Source of the DNA: Vermamoeba vermiformis
Taxonomy: Eukaryota
NCBI GenBank assembly: GCA_045837725.1
Contig: JBEWZL010000110.1
Coordinates: 1-46,919, forward strand
Direction of reading: 5' to 3'
DNA: 46,919 bases
Shown here piece after piece: positions 33,671-46,919 of the stretch (position 1 is its first letter; every line of letters starts with the position of its first letter). The notes beneath the pieces are model-generated. The model was not told the origin of the DNA. It saw only the letters and a program-made list of their open reading frames with translations, and searched no databases. The translations under genes were made by a program, and so were the position numbers.

Positions 33671-36600
33671 TTACGGCGAGGGAGTAGTCTTGAATGTTTC
33701 TCCAGCGTAAATCGAAACAATGCTGTCAGTAGCACCAGCAGCCAAGAGAATTTGGAAGGGATGGAATGACAGGCTGGAGACTGGACCGATGCGCTGACCC
33801 AAGAAACCGTCGTGGTATCGAATAAGACTCAACTCTTCGCTGTTGAAGTTCATGACCTTGATACGTTGGTCTTGTGAGCCGCTACAAATGACATTAGTAC
33901 ATTGAACCTGACTCATTCATTGCGCTCGACTTACGTAGCGATCAGTGGTGCTTGATCGTGAACAGTGCAGCTTGTCATCACAGTGCCGCTGTGAGCAGTG
34001 ATGGTGCGCACTGACGAGGACTTGGCTGGGTCCCAGAACTTGATCTCACCGCTCGTCGAGCCAGAGATGATTTGATTGATGCTCTTAGGCATTGACACGC
34101 TCACGATCCAGCCTTTGTGTTCAGAGAACGTAGCCACAGGGCTGCAACACGCAACGTTAGCTAAGTCCTTCGTGACTGATATCGCACTTACCCAAACTTG
34201 GAGCTTGTTCTTCTGTCGAACAAACGAACCGATCCGTCAGCACAACCAGCTGCAATGACAGATCCACCCGACTTATCGCTGGCGAGCGCTGTTACGAAGG
34301 CCTCGCATGCAGTTGAAATGTCTTGGATTTTAAGCTCCTTGTTGACGTCCCAAATTCTGATAGATCCGACATTTCCGGATGCGATCTGACAAAGAGTTAG
34401 TGGTGCGTTGAAATCAAACATGACTTGTCATATCATACCATGAGCTCGTTCTGTTGTTGCCAATCCACGATGAGACCGGCACCAGTACCCTTGGTCAACG
34501 GGGCAAGGCCGAGCAACACACGCCACGCGGTGACAAGTTTAACGCTCTCGGGCTCATAAATACCACTCCAAATACGCACAACACCATCGTCTACACGCGC
34601 ATATAACCGTTAGTAATATGGACAAGTACTTGTCGCTATGCCATTTAACTTACCAGAGCCGGTAGCAATCAACGGGTAATCGTGCTCGTTCAACAAAGAA
34701 AGAGCAGTCAAGCGCGTGCCTGGCGGATTGCAGTTCGAGAAGAGATTGATCTTGCCTCCCTCTTCCCAGTTCCACACGCTAATGCCGTCCTTCTCATCAC
34801 CCACAACAATGATGTTCTCGAAGGGATGGAAGGCCAACAGCGAGACCATTTCATTGTCGTTCTCCAAAATGGCAATTTCGTTCTCAAGCTTGCGGCAGCC
34901 GAGAATCTGGAATGCCTTGTCGTTGAGGCTGAGAGCTTCTTTCTTCAAGTGCTCAATGCGTTGTTGACGCCAGCGCTTCTCGCTGTATTGCGGTGAAGTC
35001 TCGTCTTCTTCTTTCGGCGTCATCAACGGCAACGAGAAGTAGTTGCAGCTCCACTCGTACAAAGTGGAACGCAAGTCTTCAGCGGCACTATCGCTGTCAT
35101 CGTCACGAGAGTCACTAGTTCACGTTAGAATTTGCTCTACAACACTACCAAATATTGTTACTTACTCGTCATGGTGATGAAGTGACGCGGCCTTAGGAGT
35201 GCTAGGTGTGGCAGGGATACCACCACTGTTGCGCAAGTCGTTCATGCTCGGCTGTTTCTTCAACATCAACAAGTTGGAGAAGCTCGGCACCTTCTTGTGC
35301 TGGATCTTCTTGGCACCCGGTCGTGGTGACTTGCCAGCAGGAGAAGCTTGAAGGTCCTCACTCATACGACGAGGTGCTTCGACAGGTGGCATGGGCAACA
35401 ACGAGGTGTCACCAGCTTGGCTCTTGACTTTGTTAACGAGAGCAATAGCAATGCGTGCGAGCTCGGGATAAGGATCGGTTGTCAAGTTCCACAAGTGATC
35501 CCAAACGAACTCGTAGATGGACGATTGTTCGGCATTAGCGTTGGGCAGCTCTTCGGCTTCAGGTGAAGGAGGTTGGTTGGGAGCTCCCTTGGCTGGACCA
35601 GGCTTAGCCTTCTTCTTGTCAGCCTCTTTCTTCTTGTCCAAGGCAACTTTAGCTTGTTCCTTGCGTTGAATGGTCTTGATTAACGTCTTGAATTCGTCTT
35701 CATAAGCTTGGATCAAATGAGCAAAGGCAATGATTAACTCTTTGCGGACCATAGGACTGCTGTCAGTGGTAACGACAGGCAAGGTCACAGCTAAGTTCAA
35801 TTCGATGCTCGTGCGTTGCTCACTACGAGCACGTGATGCGCTGCCAAATGTCGGTTGAGAAGCGGCACCGCCAGAGGTACGGTGGCTGGAGATAGTTTGA
35901 GGAGGATTTCCTGGGCCTGCAGGGTTGCTTTGTGGAATTTGAGGAGAAGGTGCTCCTTGGGGCTGTCCTGATTGACTTGGTTGACCCATTTGAGCCTGCA
36001 CCTTGTCATTAGTAAGATATTGATCGAACAAAAGTGACATACGGGTGAAGGTTCCGGTGAGTGACCACCACCAATGAATGTTCCCAAGGCGTACACAGCG
36101 GCAGCGCGCACTTCGGGCACGGGATCTTGCAACAAACTGCACAACTTCTCGTGCGCACCTTCTTTGATGGCTGCCCACTTGGCTTCTTCGTAGTTCTCCC
36201 AGAACTTGGCCAAGGCGAAAACGACCCAACGACGCAACATAGAGTCTTGTTCGTTAAGCTGGCCCAAGCAGATCTGCAACATGCGAGCATTCAAACAAGC
36301 TTGTTGGCCTGGACGGCAGTTGTTGGAAATGACGCTCAGAATGAACGCGGCTTGCGTGCGTTGAGCAGGAGGCACTTTAGTGTTGCCCAAAACGTTAATA
36401 AAGTAGTGTTGGCCACCGTCCTTGATCAGATCCAATTGGCAAGACTAGAATTAAATAACGTCAATAAAAACCAGATCTCGATCTAACCACGACAATCACG
36501 TTACCTTATCAAGAGCCAAAATCTTAGCCCAAATGAAGACCAAAATCTCGCGCAACTCAACTGCAGGGCTTTGTAGCAGCTTCAATACGTAAGGGAAAAT

Positions 36601-39018
36601 ACCCACAGATAGAGCCTAGCATAAATAATTAGAACCAGGAGTCGGCAAAAAAAGATCCAAAAGAAGGAGATCTAGCGCCGTTGGAATAAGCAATACGTCA
36701 GGGAAAAACTATGTATCACTCCTAGTAAGACGCATAATATTTCGGAAGAGATTCTACGTCGCAGATCGATAGTCCGCGAATAGATCGCATCCGAACAAGT
36801 TATGGGAATGGGGGTTGCCCCTTTTCCGATACTGTAGTCGTAATGACGTACCTGATTGACGGCCCAATATCCGAGGTCCAAAAATTTGCCTAACAAAACG
36901 AGTGCGCGAAGTCTGTGCTGTTGACTCAACAAGACCTGAAGCACGATAGGCAATTGCTCTGGCGGCTTCTTTTCTTCAGTGCCGAACTCGAGCCACACTT
37001 CAAAGGCCGTCAGTTGTTCAGTGAAGAACGTTGAGTGCTAAACAAGCATTAGAACGAGCGTAATTTTGATAACGGACGCGTGAAGTCACGTACTTTGAAC
37101 TCGTATGACGGGTCTGAAATCAATTTAGAGAGCTGAGACAAGCACTGATCAGCTGCCAAGTCCCATGCTTGCCTATTATGAAAGGTCAGGTCGCGTTCGG
37201 CTACGAAATAAGACAGTCTAACACGTACCACATGGGATGGTTGTACGTCGGCGGCAGTTTGGGATAAGAAATCGGCGTGCACTTGCACGATCTCATGATT
37301 CTTTCAGCGAGCAAGAAGTTACGGAACAAACTGGCCACTAACAGATCTTGACGGAACAGCTTTTGGAAGAGCGCTTACAGATGTCAGAACGTGGATCGAG
37401 TCATGTGACCAAAATGTCTAACTTACGTTTAGGCAAGGTATTCCAAGCAATGGTATCAGTGATTGCGGTAAAGATCCAGTTCAATTCGCCCAATGGAGTA
37501 CGACGATCGTTCAATCGGCCGGGGATCTTGTCGACTAGCTCGGCCTTGACACCGTTGATAATAGTTTGAGAGCAGAACCAACGCAAGGCAATCTTAATAG
37601 GCGTGGTCAAGCAAGCTGTGAAAATATCTGCAGGCAAGTCAGGGTTCGTGGGCAACGTTTCATTGGTGCCACAAGCCGCGAGCAAAATGTAGTCTCGCAG
37701 CTGTTTGACAGCTTGAGGATTGACTTGAACTTTGGCGTTACGCTATTGACGAGTAAGTAGTGAGTGATAGCTGCCTTGACACTAAAATACTACGTACCTC
37801 GTACTCGCCTTGTCGTTGATCAATGAACTTGTTGAACCACTTGACAATCAAGCCAGCTGCCGATGAATCGAACACGTAGATTGAAGGTGTGCCGAGCCAC
37901 GACTGAAGCTCGTAAATAGAGCACGGAATGTATTGTGTGAAGTTCTTATTGAACACCCAAAGTTCACCGTTGTTGGTTGGTTTGGGTACTCCGTGTCCGT
38001 TGTAATGGAACAGAACTCGCTCTTCTTTGGCATTGCGGCGCAGGCCGACACACAGTCGCTTCACGTCTTCAACGGTGGGGTCGAGACACAACTTGTATTT
38101 GGCCTGTAAGGTCAACAGATCAGTAGCAGATCGAACGCGAACAATTTTTAGATTGGGCTTTCTAGGCTTTTGGCGCCTCGATACATCACATCAAAGGTTA
38201 TAACTGATATATTGTGATATGTTGGTAACTTACTCTTGGCTGCCACCGTTCGTATTGCATTTGTAGAGTTTTACCGATCGTGTCGAGTGCTTTTGGTGCA
38301 GGCATGCTAGTGGGGTCTGAAAATGGGAAATAGCGTGAGTAGTGGTAGTGAGTATTAACGTAGTGAAAATGCACATACCAACCCAACATTCCAAGCGAGC
38401 ACAAGGCGTCGTCTTGATCACATCTGGAGGATCTACACCAATATTCAAGCACATAACCAGAGCAACGCTCACCGTCTTCATCTTTAACACGATTTAATAA
38501 AAATATGTTCAACTAAGAATTTGCAAATAGCACAGACAGTAGCAAATTTCAAATTGAAAAGCGGATTCAAGAAAAATCTTCTTAGTGTGAGGTGTAAATA
38601 ATATAGTTACCTGATCAGCATTTTTAATCTATTTGAATACATAGTTAGTACGTTGAACAAGCATGTACGTAGCGGATTTACAAAAAATAATCAAATAATT
38701 TTGTGTGTAATACTATTCGGGCTTAATTGAATAAATACACGTGCAATACAGTTAATTTAATTTAAAAATAATATTTTGCTTCGAAATACGAATATTTACC
38801 CTATCTTTCATGCGCCATTGAACAACTTTTCGTTTTTGACTCGGCAATAATACAGCATTTGTTTCAAATCTCTCTTCGCTGAACAAGGTCTTATGTCTTC
38901 GATTGGTATTGTATTTATTATTTTTTTCCTTCTCAATGTCGTCTTTTTCATCTCGATCTCTGTTGAAGGATGTTACAGCGTTAGCATGCTCCCTACGCTC
39001 CTTGCCATTAAGTTCCAT
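33671..39018 (-). CDS. RPTOR: Regulatory-associated protein of TOR (Raptor/KOG1)
   Basis: [82 protein letters not shown] repeats and a C-terminal WD40 region with [13 protein letters not shown]. Confidence 0.98.
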
Positions 39019-40468
39019 TTTATAATGGCAAGATTGAAGTCATTAATATACAAATAAGGTTGATAATAATATACAAGCTGTTCTGTTGTCCAATAAAAAT
39101 ACGCGAGCACAATAAATTTTTTAGTTACCGTTACTAATACCACGCACCAACACTAATACTTCCGCTAACACTAATCACCATTCGCTAGTGACTTGCACCT
39201 ATTCGGCGCTTCGCAATTGATACTGTACAACCTGCTCAATACTCTTCAGACACGCGATGAGTTTTAGGAAAGCCCAAGCAACCGGTTGCTCGATAAAGGA
39301 AGAAGTTATTATTGTCAAATATTATTATTTTATGGTTTGACCTCACTCCGCACCTATTTTATGAAAAAACTTCAAGCAAAATGATTTTGTTAAATTAATT
39401 ATTATTTTTTCGTTGTTCGACCGAACCTAACAATAGGGCGATGGAAGCTGCATACGCTAAGACAACAAATAGCACGGTCGGATGGATGACTATTAATCCG
39501 ATAAAGGTCAAATCGGCAATAAAGATCTTGGCATATTCAATTGACTATTCATGCGACCCTCACCGCCATATTGTTGGACAGAAAGAAGCTAGTGTTCTGA
39601 GATCGTATGATACTACGCGATGCCAATCCCTGCGATTTAAAGGTACTACACGTTTACCTTCGGGTGCTGGATCTCGGCTCTAAGATATCCTTTCACATCA
39701 GTATGTAGACCATCTCGATTTACAAAGTGGCGTGTACGGAACCTCTTGGGCACACCACATCAGCCTTAAATGGAAATAGACCGCCGTAAATAATCGGAGG
39801 GATCCTTAACCTCAGCGGAGCATGGTTACCTAATCCCGTTGAGCCTATGATATCAATAATGGTAGATCCAAATATTACAAAATAGCTAATACCCACCGTT
39901 GTAAAAGGTACACAAGCATCCGAGAGCAAAACAACGAGGGGAACTCCACCCATGGCTATTATTTTGGACTTCAGACCAGCTAGTAACCTTATAATTAAGT
40001 AATAATCCTCGCAGGTAAAACGAGATACTTCTTGTTTTGGAAGTAGAATACCAATCCTCGCGCGAGATTATCTCGAGGACGGCAGATCTAACTGTTTCAG
40101 ACCAAACTCAAACGGCAATTGGCGGGTCGGAAAGCCCCCGAGACCCACATCCCTACCTCAGTACCTAAGTCGCAGATTTTAACGATTTTTCTGTTGCTTC
40201 TTCTGCTACGACTGTCCTAAAATAGAAATGCCGTTCACTGAACCTAGCGCTAAAATTTGTCTTTTTAACAATAAAATAAATCGCATCGGAACGCCGATAA
40301 CTGGTGTTTTGAACTCCACTAGGGTAAGCATATCGTAAAGTTAAAATCTTACGATAAAATATTTTAACGCTTGTCCCTGATTGTGGGACCGCGGCAAGGT
40401 GGGGCAAATTTAATTTTGACCATTTTTGTTCCCTCAGCTTTACAACACCATACACGAGCACAATATAT

Positions 40469-43400
40469 ATGGAGGAGGAAGCGCATAAGCCGGCCTCTCC
40501 AACGGACAGCCAAAGCTCGCAAAAGAAAAGAGTTGTTGTTCCGCATGCATGCGATCAGTGCCGGTCTAATCACGTCAAGTGTATGCAAAATACATGCGAT
40601 TATTCTGACAATACACTCTTTGCAATTATATCTCACATATACCTTATAGGTGACGGTAATATGCCATGTTTCCGATGCGTAAAGAAAAAGCTCGACTGTA
40701 GCTTCAAGAGACCAAATAAGCTTGTTGACAAAGGTAATGCACGAAATAATTGCAAGAATATGAAAGACCACGCAAGCGGAGGACGCAGAACAAGATAGCT
40801 CTTTTTCCATCCTGGATTTTGCATTATTATTGAATAATTTATCCCCGTATTTGCTTAGAAATGCTATTTATTTTGAAAGTGACAGCGCATTAACGATAAA
40901 ATAACTCCAGGAAGGATTGAAGAACTGGTTCAAATGATCAGCCAATTAAAAGAAGAATTAGTAGTGGAACGAAGCAAGGCGCAGCAACTACAATCACAAT
41001 ACGATACAGTAATAGTTCATGCGGTAAGTTTTTATGATTAAATGATCGGAGGTTTTTTTTTAAAATCCACGGCAAAGGTTCATATAAAAATATAAAATTG
41101 CGGACAGCCCTCCGAGGCTTACTTCGGCAAATATTTTAGATATATAATAGCTTATAATGGGCTTTTGTTCATAATATGTTCGGAAAAGCACCCGAAACCG
41201 CTGGATTAGCGTGGGATACAGTTTGGCATCCCAACACCGAAGAAAATAATGATGATCTTGATCATTATTAGAGTATTCGTTATGTAATGTTAATTGATTT
41301 TAGCCACGTTGCCTAAATATAGCAACGAATGAAATCGGAGTCTCGCCGATCTTTCTGTGCGACAACTTTATTCATGAATATTTGTATTAATGTTAAATCG
41401 CCATTTAACAGCTAATACTTCAACAAATATTTACAGAGATTTGAAATTCTACTCGAGCCGTATGTTCGGAACGGGGACATGAATCTCCGCAGGACGAAAT
41501 TGCATCGCTTTACTTGGATCTAAAAAATGAAACCAAGAGAATTCAATTTAGCGGTATAATTTGCCCCGATAGGGCTTGGATAAATTTTTATTGTTAATCT
41601 GCTATCCGAGATTGACCTGTTACATGTCAATGTGATTGCGCGCACTTTACAAGCCCTGCAACCACACTGTAGTCATTAATTACATAAAGTATGGATATTT
41701 ACAGGTTTGCTAACGTTTACTACTTTAATAGGGAGGACCTGCACCTACGAGGAATGCTCGAGTGACACCGCCCGCGTTGTTATACAAATTCATTTCAAAA
41801 TACAACGATGTCGTTTATCCTTATATCAAAGTACCACCACCTTATCGAGATATGAACGCATTTTTGGAAGATTCAGGCAGTGACCCGCGAGTGATGTGCA
41901 TGAACGCTATTTTGGCGAGTGGGGCGTTGGCATGCGGTGACATCCATCACGCGAATATATTTATTCAGGAGAGCAGGTAAGACGAACCCTCGCTAGTGGA
42001 GAATAGAGCACGTGCTAATTTAATTCGGCATCGTTATACAGGTCACAAATAGCGAAGTATTTCGATCATCCGCACCCTCTCATTGCAGCCTCGTTTGCAA
42101 CAATGGCGAACTATTACACAGCTACAGGCGAGTTTGACAAGTCGTCGTTTTACTACGACATGGCGCAGAAGATTACACGTGTTGTGTTAGAGAAGAATGG
42201 AAACCAGAAGATTTACGTTATTCCCGAGACAGAGCCAGCACGCACAAACAATCTCAACAGCATAGTGGCAGGCAGCTTATTGTCGTTAAAAGGCGATGGA
42301 TCGACGGCCAGCAATTCAGATCTTGCATCGATTTTAACTCCCAAACCAAGCGCGGAATTAACTCCGATTACGATAGACTTGATTCACATCAATCAACTGG
42401 CACTTCTGTATGTCGCTGAATACTGCACGGATCGAACAGAACAGTACTCAATTTTCGAGAAGATCTGGTATAATTTGGAGACGCATTACAAAGACACCTT
42501 ATTCGAAGTGCCGTATATTACAAATTTGATAGTAGCGAAGGTAAGCTCTAGAATGATACATTCCTAATTAGGCTCGGTCAACTGACACAATCCATCCAGA
42601 CCTGGTGCGAGATTATGCTTTCCGTTTCGAATGAGAACAACAGTTTGCAACTCAATTTGCAAAACAAAGCAAATATTAAACGACATGCGGACCTATTACA
42701 GAAAGCTACTGATATTGCCATGAAGAGCGCGAACTCAGTCAGGTAAATAATTGTATCTGCGCTCATATCTGCTGGTAATAACATCAGTACGATTAGGGTT
42801 CAAATTTTGATTACAGTCGAAGCGTTCAGATCGGTGCTGTCATTATTGGCTGGTGTTAATGATTTGGCTGAGCAGGTAAGCATTAACTAATTTGAGTTTT
42901 CGGATGTCGAAATTTACCCACTAAAACCGTTTTAAATTAGGCAGCAGATCGTGTTTATGAAATGTTCGAGTCCATTAGAGTCAATGACTTCTTACTAGCC
43001 TTGCCGTTCTTTTTGATATCACAAGTTCACTTGTATTTACAAAACTTCCAGAAGTTTCAGCAGGTAAGCGGCTTTTTCATTCTTGACCCAATAATAGACC
43101 ATTATTTAACATCAAATAACATAAATTTAGTCATAAATGCGAGATTTTATCTCGTTTATTAATAATCCATTCGGCAATCCGTGGATTTTCGACCCAATTA
43201 CCATTTTAGGAAAATCAGCTAACAAATCTTCTGCGTAGGCTGCCAATGTTTTGCGCGGTCTGGGTTCATCATTCGAGCTTGCACGCCTTTATCTCTCACG
43301 TTTGTCAATGATGCAAGCGCACCAACTGATTCCAGTCACCACGCCGCTCGACATGTTCGTGTTCTATCCCAACCTCTCGTACTGCCGAACTTTCAGCCCG

Positions 43401-43915
43401 CAAGGTGCTGGGCCGATGCAAGGTGTGACTATGGACGTTGCTCAACCTAAGACAAACTCGTTCCCGTCAATGCCTGTGCCTCTTTTGGGCGCCACCGGTG
43501 CTACTCTCCCGCGACCAATGAACCCTTCATTTAACTTCCAAGGTACGCGCCGAATTAAACACTTCACAATTGGGCAGATATTAACGTACTCACAGAGCAA
43601 CTTGCCCCGTTCAATGCTCCCACGCATTCAACGCTACTTCAATCTTTGAGTAGCCCGTTGAACCCGCCCTCGATGCCCAACGGTGCAAATAACTCTCGAG
43701 AGGTTTCCGCAAGTAGCATCTTGACCAGCATGGGCGCGGGTGGTAGTAGCAACGGCAGCCCATCAAATAGCAATGCTCCGACGCCGAGCTCGACTCCATC
43801 TAGTGGCTCCTTCTTGACTGCTCCGGTTAACTTCCCGCTGCATGTACCAAACATGGCTCAGTTTGACCCTGTCAAGAGCGTGTCCATGCAACCCATCCGA
43901 TTCAACAATATGTAA
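40469..43915 (+). CDS. Zn(II)2Cys6 (GAL4-type) transcription factor, multi-exon
   Basis: After splicing: ACDQCRSNHVKCDGNMPCFRCVKKKLDC, then a coiled coil, a helical middle region and a P/S/N-rich C-terminus. Confidence 0.88.
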
Positions 43916-44205
43916 ATAGAGACCCTTACAAAAGCTACAATGAAGCACTCGGACTGCAAAACCGACTTCAATGTAGCGATGTGTAACAGCTCGCTGAAGC
44001 AACAGTGACGATCTGATGGCTTCCAAGAAGCCCGTTACTGACAGGCAGACCCGTTCAAGACGCAAAGTACGCGAAAAGCACAAACATGTAATGTCACAAA
44101 TAAACGTGGTTGCTGTATTACAGTGTTTGGCCGTGCAGACGAAAATTGCCCGCGAATCGAAAAAAATCGTGTTAATTTTGTAGATATCCAAACAACCACG
44201 AAACA

Positions 44206-44637
44206 ATGTCCAGCGGAATGGGAGCTACTGGAGCTACGGGAAGATGCTTCCCGCTCTTCAAGGAATATCAACAGTGCTTGATGTCGACTGATCCCAAAGA
44301 GTGCTTGTTGGTTAGACAAGATTACTTCGAATGCTTGCACAATTTCCAAAGGGTACGTGCATTAAAAAATACGCATTTTTTAAGGCGAACCATAAGCTAC
44401 AATAATAACCGAGATGAGGATCTCAATAATTTCAAATTATTAAACAACTTAATATTTCGAGCTATATTTTATGCCATAAATTATTATATCACGATGGTAT
44501 AATTATTCATATTTTTTCAAGCATTTATAGGGCCTCTTAAATAAATTAATTTTTAATTGTTAATAAAATAGAACCAACGCGACGCCACAATCGAAGCACA
44601 TATGCGTAAACAGAAAGCCACAAAAAATGAAGCATAG
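44206..44637 (+). CDS. NDUFS5: NADH:ubiquinone oxidoreductase 15-kDa subunit (NDUFS5-like, twin CX9C)
   Basis: MSSGMGATGATGRCFPLFKEYQQC...CLLVRQDYFECLH. Intron 44353-44571; the second exon ends in TAG at 44637. Confidence 0.88.
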
Positions 44638-44873
44638 GCATGACCAAATATTGTTTAATTAGTAAATATCTCTATTCAAACGAGCGATCGCGTGTAAATA
44701 CAAAAGCTTCATCATGATGGTAGCTAGCTAGCCAGGTCATGGACAGAAGAAAAATTTACCATCCAGAGCTTGAAAATGCTGCAAGCGCACTATCAAGCTT
44801 TCATAATGCTTCTTTTCGAAATTGCTGTTGAGGGCAGATTCATGGAGGTGTCTCATAGATCTACTACTTCAAA

Positions 44874-45339
44874 TAGTTCCGTCCAACCCAAACTTTGAAA
44901 AGACGACGGTAATGCTTAGTATAATACAATTATGGCTTAGCACGAGTTAAAATAGCGCTAGTGCTCGACTTGTCAGCAGCTGTCAGTAGATACGTAAAAA
45001 ACTATTTAACGCACCGCATGCGACACAAAACATTCGATTTATTCAACAAAAATGCAACGAACACTCATCCTAGTACTCGCTTTACTTACACCTTTGATTG
45101 CCGCCGATATTTGTACGTCTGGCTGTCGTCTTGGTCTTTGCTCATGTTTTACTCCAATGTTCTACGTATTAATGCAGGGTCAAATTGTGTTCTTGGTCAA
45201 TGCGACGGTGCTTGCACGATGGCTGGTAAGTTTCGAAGAATTGCAGGTTGGTTAATCGGCGTTCTTGTCGGTGTCCCTCCTGAATCAGCGTTTTCATCAT
45301 AGGTAGATTTCATAGCTATTCACAAGTTGGACGGAACTA
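44874..45339. mobile_element. Possible non-autonomous TIR element (MITE/Pack-type) bounded by 14-bp inverted repeats
   Basis: TAGTTCCGTCCAAC at 44874-44887 and its exact reverse complement GTTGGACGGAACTA at 45326-45339. The terminal TA could be a target-site duplication. Confidence 0.5.
45052..45302 (+). pseudogene. Fragment of a small secreted Cys-rich/membrane protein gene
   Basis: Signal peptide MQRTLILVLALLTPLIAA. A probable intron (GTACGT...TGCAG, 45113-45177) leads to SNCVLGQCDGACTMAG, then a hydrophobic WLIGVLVGVP and an abrupt stop. Confidence 0.35.
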
Positions 45340-45470
45340 TACGATCCGGCTCATAAAAATATTTGAAGGATTGCGTTGTTCCATTATACAAACTCGCGGA
45401 TAACCTTTATAAACATATCTACATATAAAACAAAATTCTGTACAGCCTACGATCACTTCAGCGCCGACTT

Positions 45471-46253
45471 TCATTCCGGATCGGTAATCCAAGCAATGAA
45501 CTTACGTCTCTTTTCATCCAATAAGTCGTCATCAACGATGCCAAAATCGTTGTCGTAGAACGTACTAAGAGCATTAATCTTTTGCTGCGTCAAAGTTTGT
45601 GCCTCGTGCATTGTCTTCGGGAAGGCATTTAGGGTGGGCTTAGTTCCTTGATGAGCAGATAGTTAGTTACCGCACTAAGTCGTCGAGGAAACAATTGCGT
45701 CGAATAATTACCCATCAGTGCTGGATGCCCGCCCCGAGCAGCTACTTCTTTGATCAGACGGTACAAGGGGTAATTATTTCGGCCGACAGCCTTGCAGTTT
45801 TTCTCTCTTATTCGGGCATTTTCCAGCGAAAATACCAATGACTTGATTTCAGCCACTGCGTTAGTCACATCCGCAGCAGTAGCAGGAGTGGCACCAGCGA
45901 GGCGAGCAGATGATGCTGAATAAACATTTAGTAATTTTGTCAATAGGATTTGAAGGGTATCCTTGAAGGTACCTTTGTGGATAACCGCTGCCTCAGCTAT
46001 TACGGCATCAACCACTCCGATAGGATTCGGATACCTCTGGTGCGTTCTTTTCGACTGAGACTATGCTTCAGCTTATTGATTCTTTTTTTTTAGACTTACG
46101 CTTAGCTCTTTTGACGGCTTCGCAGTACTCAATCTGCTTGTACAGAGCGGGATCATCGAGCACCGTATTGTCGTCGACTCTGGGCCTCTTCTTTACGATA
46201 GTAATAATGTTTTTGTCCTCCGTTTCGGAAGCAATTAGGTTAGGTTGGTTCAT
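45471..46253 (-). CDS. Protein with Mug135-like C-terminal domain
   Basis: LENARIREKN...YPLYRL, then after an intron (~45647-45711) AFPKTMHEAQTLTQQKINALSTFYDNDFGI...EKRRKFIAWI. The phase join to the first exon (46100-46253) could not be resolved by eye. Confidence 0.55.
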
Positions 46254-46871
46254 TGTTGTGTCTTGTACTTGAAGAAACGGTAAAATAAAAAAATGGCGCC
46301 ATTTTTTTTAATAGCCACAACCTCACCAAATATTTGGACATATGCCCAAATACCAGGCAATACAACCAATCTTTAGCGGAAGGTGCCCTATGAGGAGTCG
46401 GCAGTTACCGTATCTAATGCCCTATTATTAGAACTAATTAGTCGAAGAACAACAACGAGAGGATCCATCTTTCGAACGCAAATGCTTGTTTTGTACCACA
46501 GTTTTTAAAGCGAATAGGTACGTAATTATATACAATGTGCGGCCTGTAATATAATAACACTATAGTCTTAGACGCATCACTTAAGATCGGATCTCCTGAA
46601 AATTTAGTCCGCATTAACGAGCTCGTAGATATCTTGCAAGAAAAGCTTGAAAAGTACGTCCAAATTAATATGTACATAAATAAATATCAATATTTTTCGT
46701 TTAGCTTGCAATTGCGCATGTTGACGTCTATCACTGAGACAACCTAGGAAAAAAACAGTGAGCAATCCTATGGGATTCCTATAGCGCTCCATGGCTGAGC
46801 TAGTCGTGCTTTGTCTCAATAACGGACGTCAACAGTTTTTTCACAGCTAGTATCGGCAACACCTCCCCATC

Positions 46872-46885
46872 TAGTTCCGTCCAAC
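46872..46885 (+). repeat. Third copy of the TIR-like 14-mer TAGTTCCGTCCAAC
   Basis: Exact match to 44874-44887. Confidence 0.85.
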
Positions 46886-46919
46886 CTATGAATTTGTTGA
46901 ATAAACGCGATTTCTGAGC

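Noticed and set aside
36617-36850. Unusually long Raptor intron as possible snoRNA host
   Set aside because: No convincing C/D or H/ACA box arrangement by eye.
39441-40160. Short ORFs and a few hairpins between Raptor and the Zn2Cys6 gene
   Set aside because: No recognisable motifs, repeats or termini; cannot support a call.

Overview
Eukaryotic, intron-dense DNA (many ~45-60 nt GT-AG introns). The gene content suggests a protist, probably amoebozoan (inference). Bases ~1-12.4 kb look like one large DNA transposon whose left end lies outside the window. It carries a divergent pair (an unknown acidic/H1-like-tail protein and a Plavaka/CACTA-type transposase frameshifted by a perfect 58-bp duplication), a TET/JBP 2OG-Fe(II) dioxygenase and a small CXC Cys-rich ORF. 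It also carries a ~2.5-kb apparently spliced, non-coding, hairpin-packed region containing a 4-unit array of structured repeats with compensatory changes; this is the best candidate for an undescribed system. The remainder is host genes: a receptor tyrosine-kinase-like protein, a TM/MORN/alpha-beta hydrolase, a secreted NIDO-GH81 glucanase, a Zn-ribbon/glycosyltransferase-like protein, two tandem P450s, an LRR protein, Raptor, a Zn2Cys6 factor, NDUFS5 and a Mug135-like protein. Three copies of a 14-bp TIR-like motif lie at the right end. Exon boundaries were read by eye and family calls come from motif recognition, not database searches.
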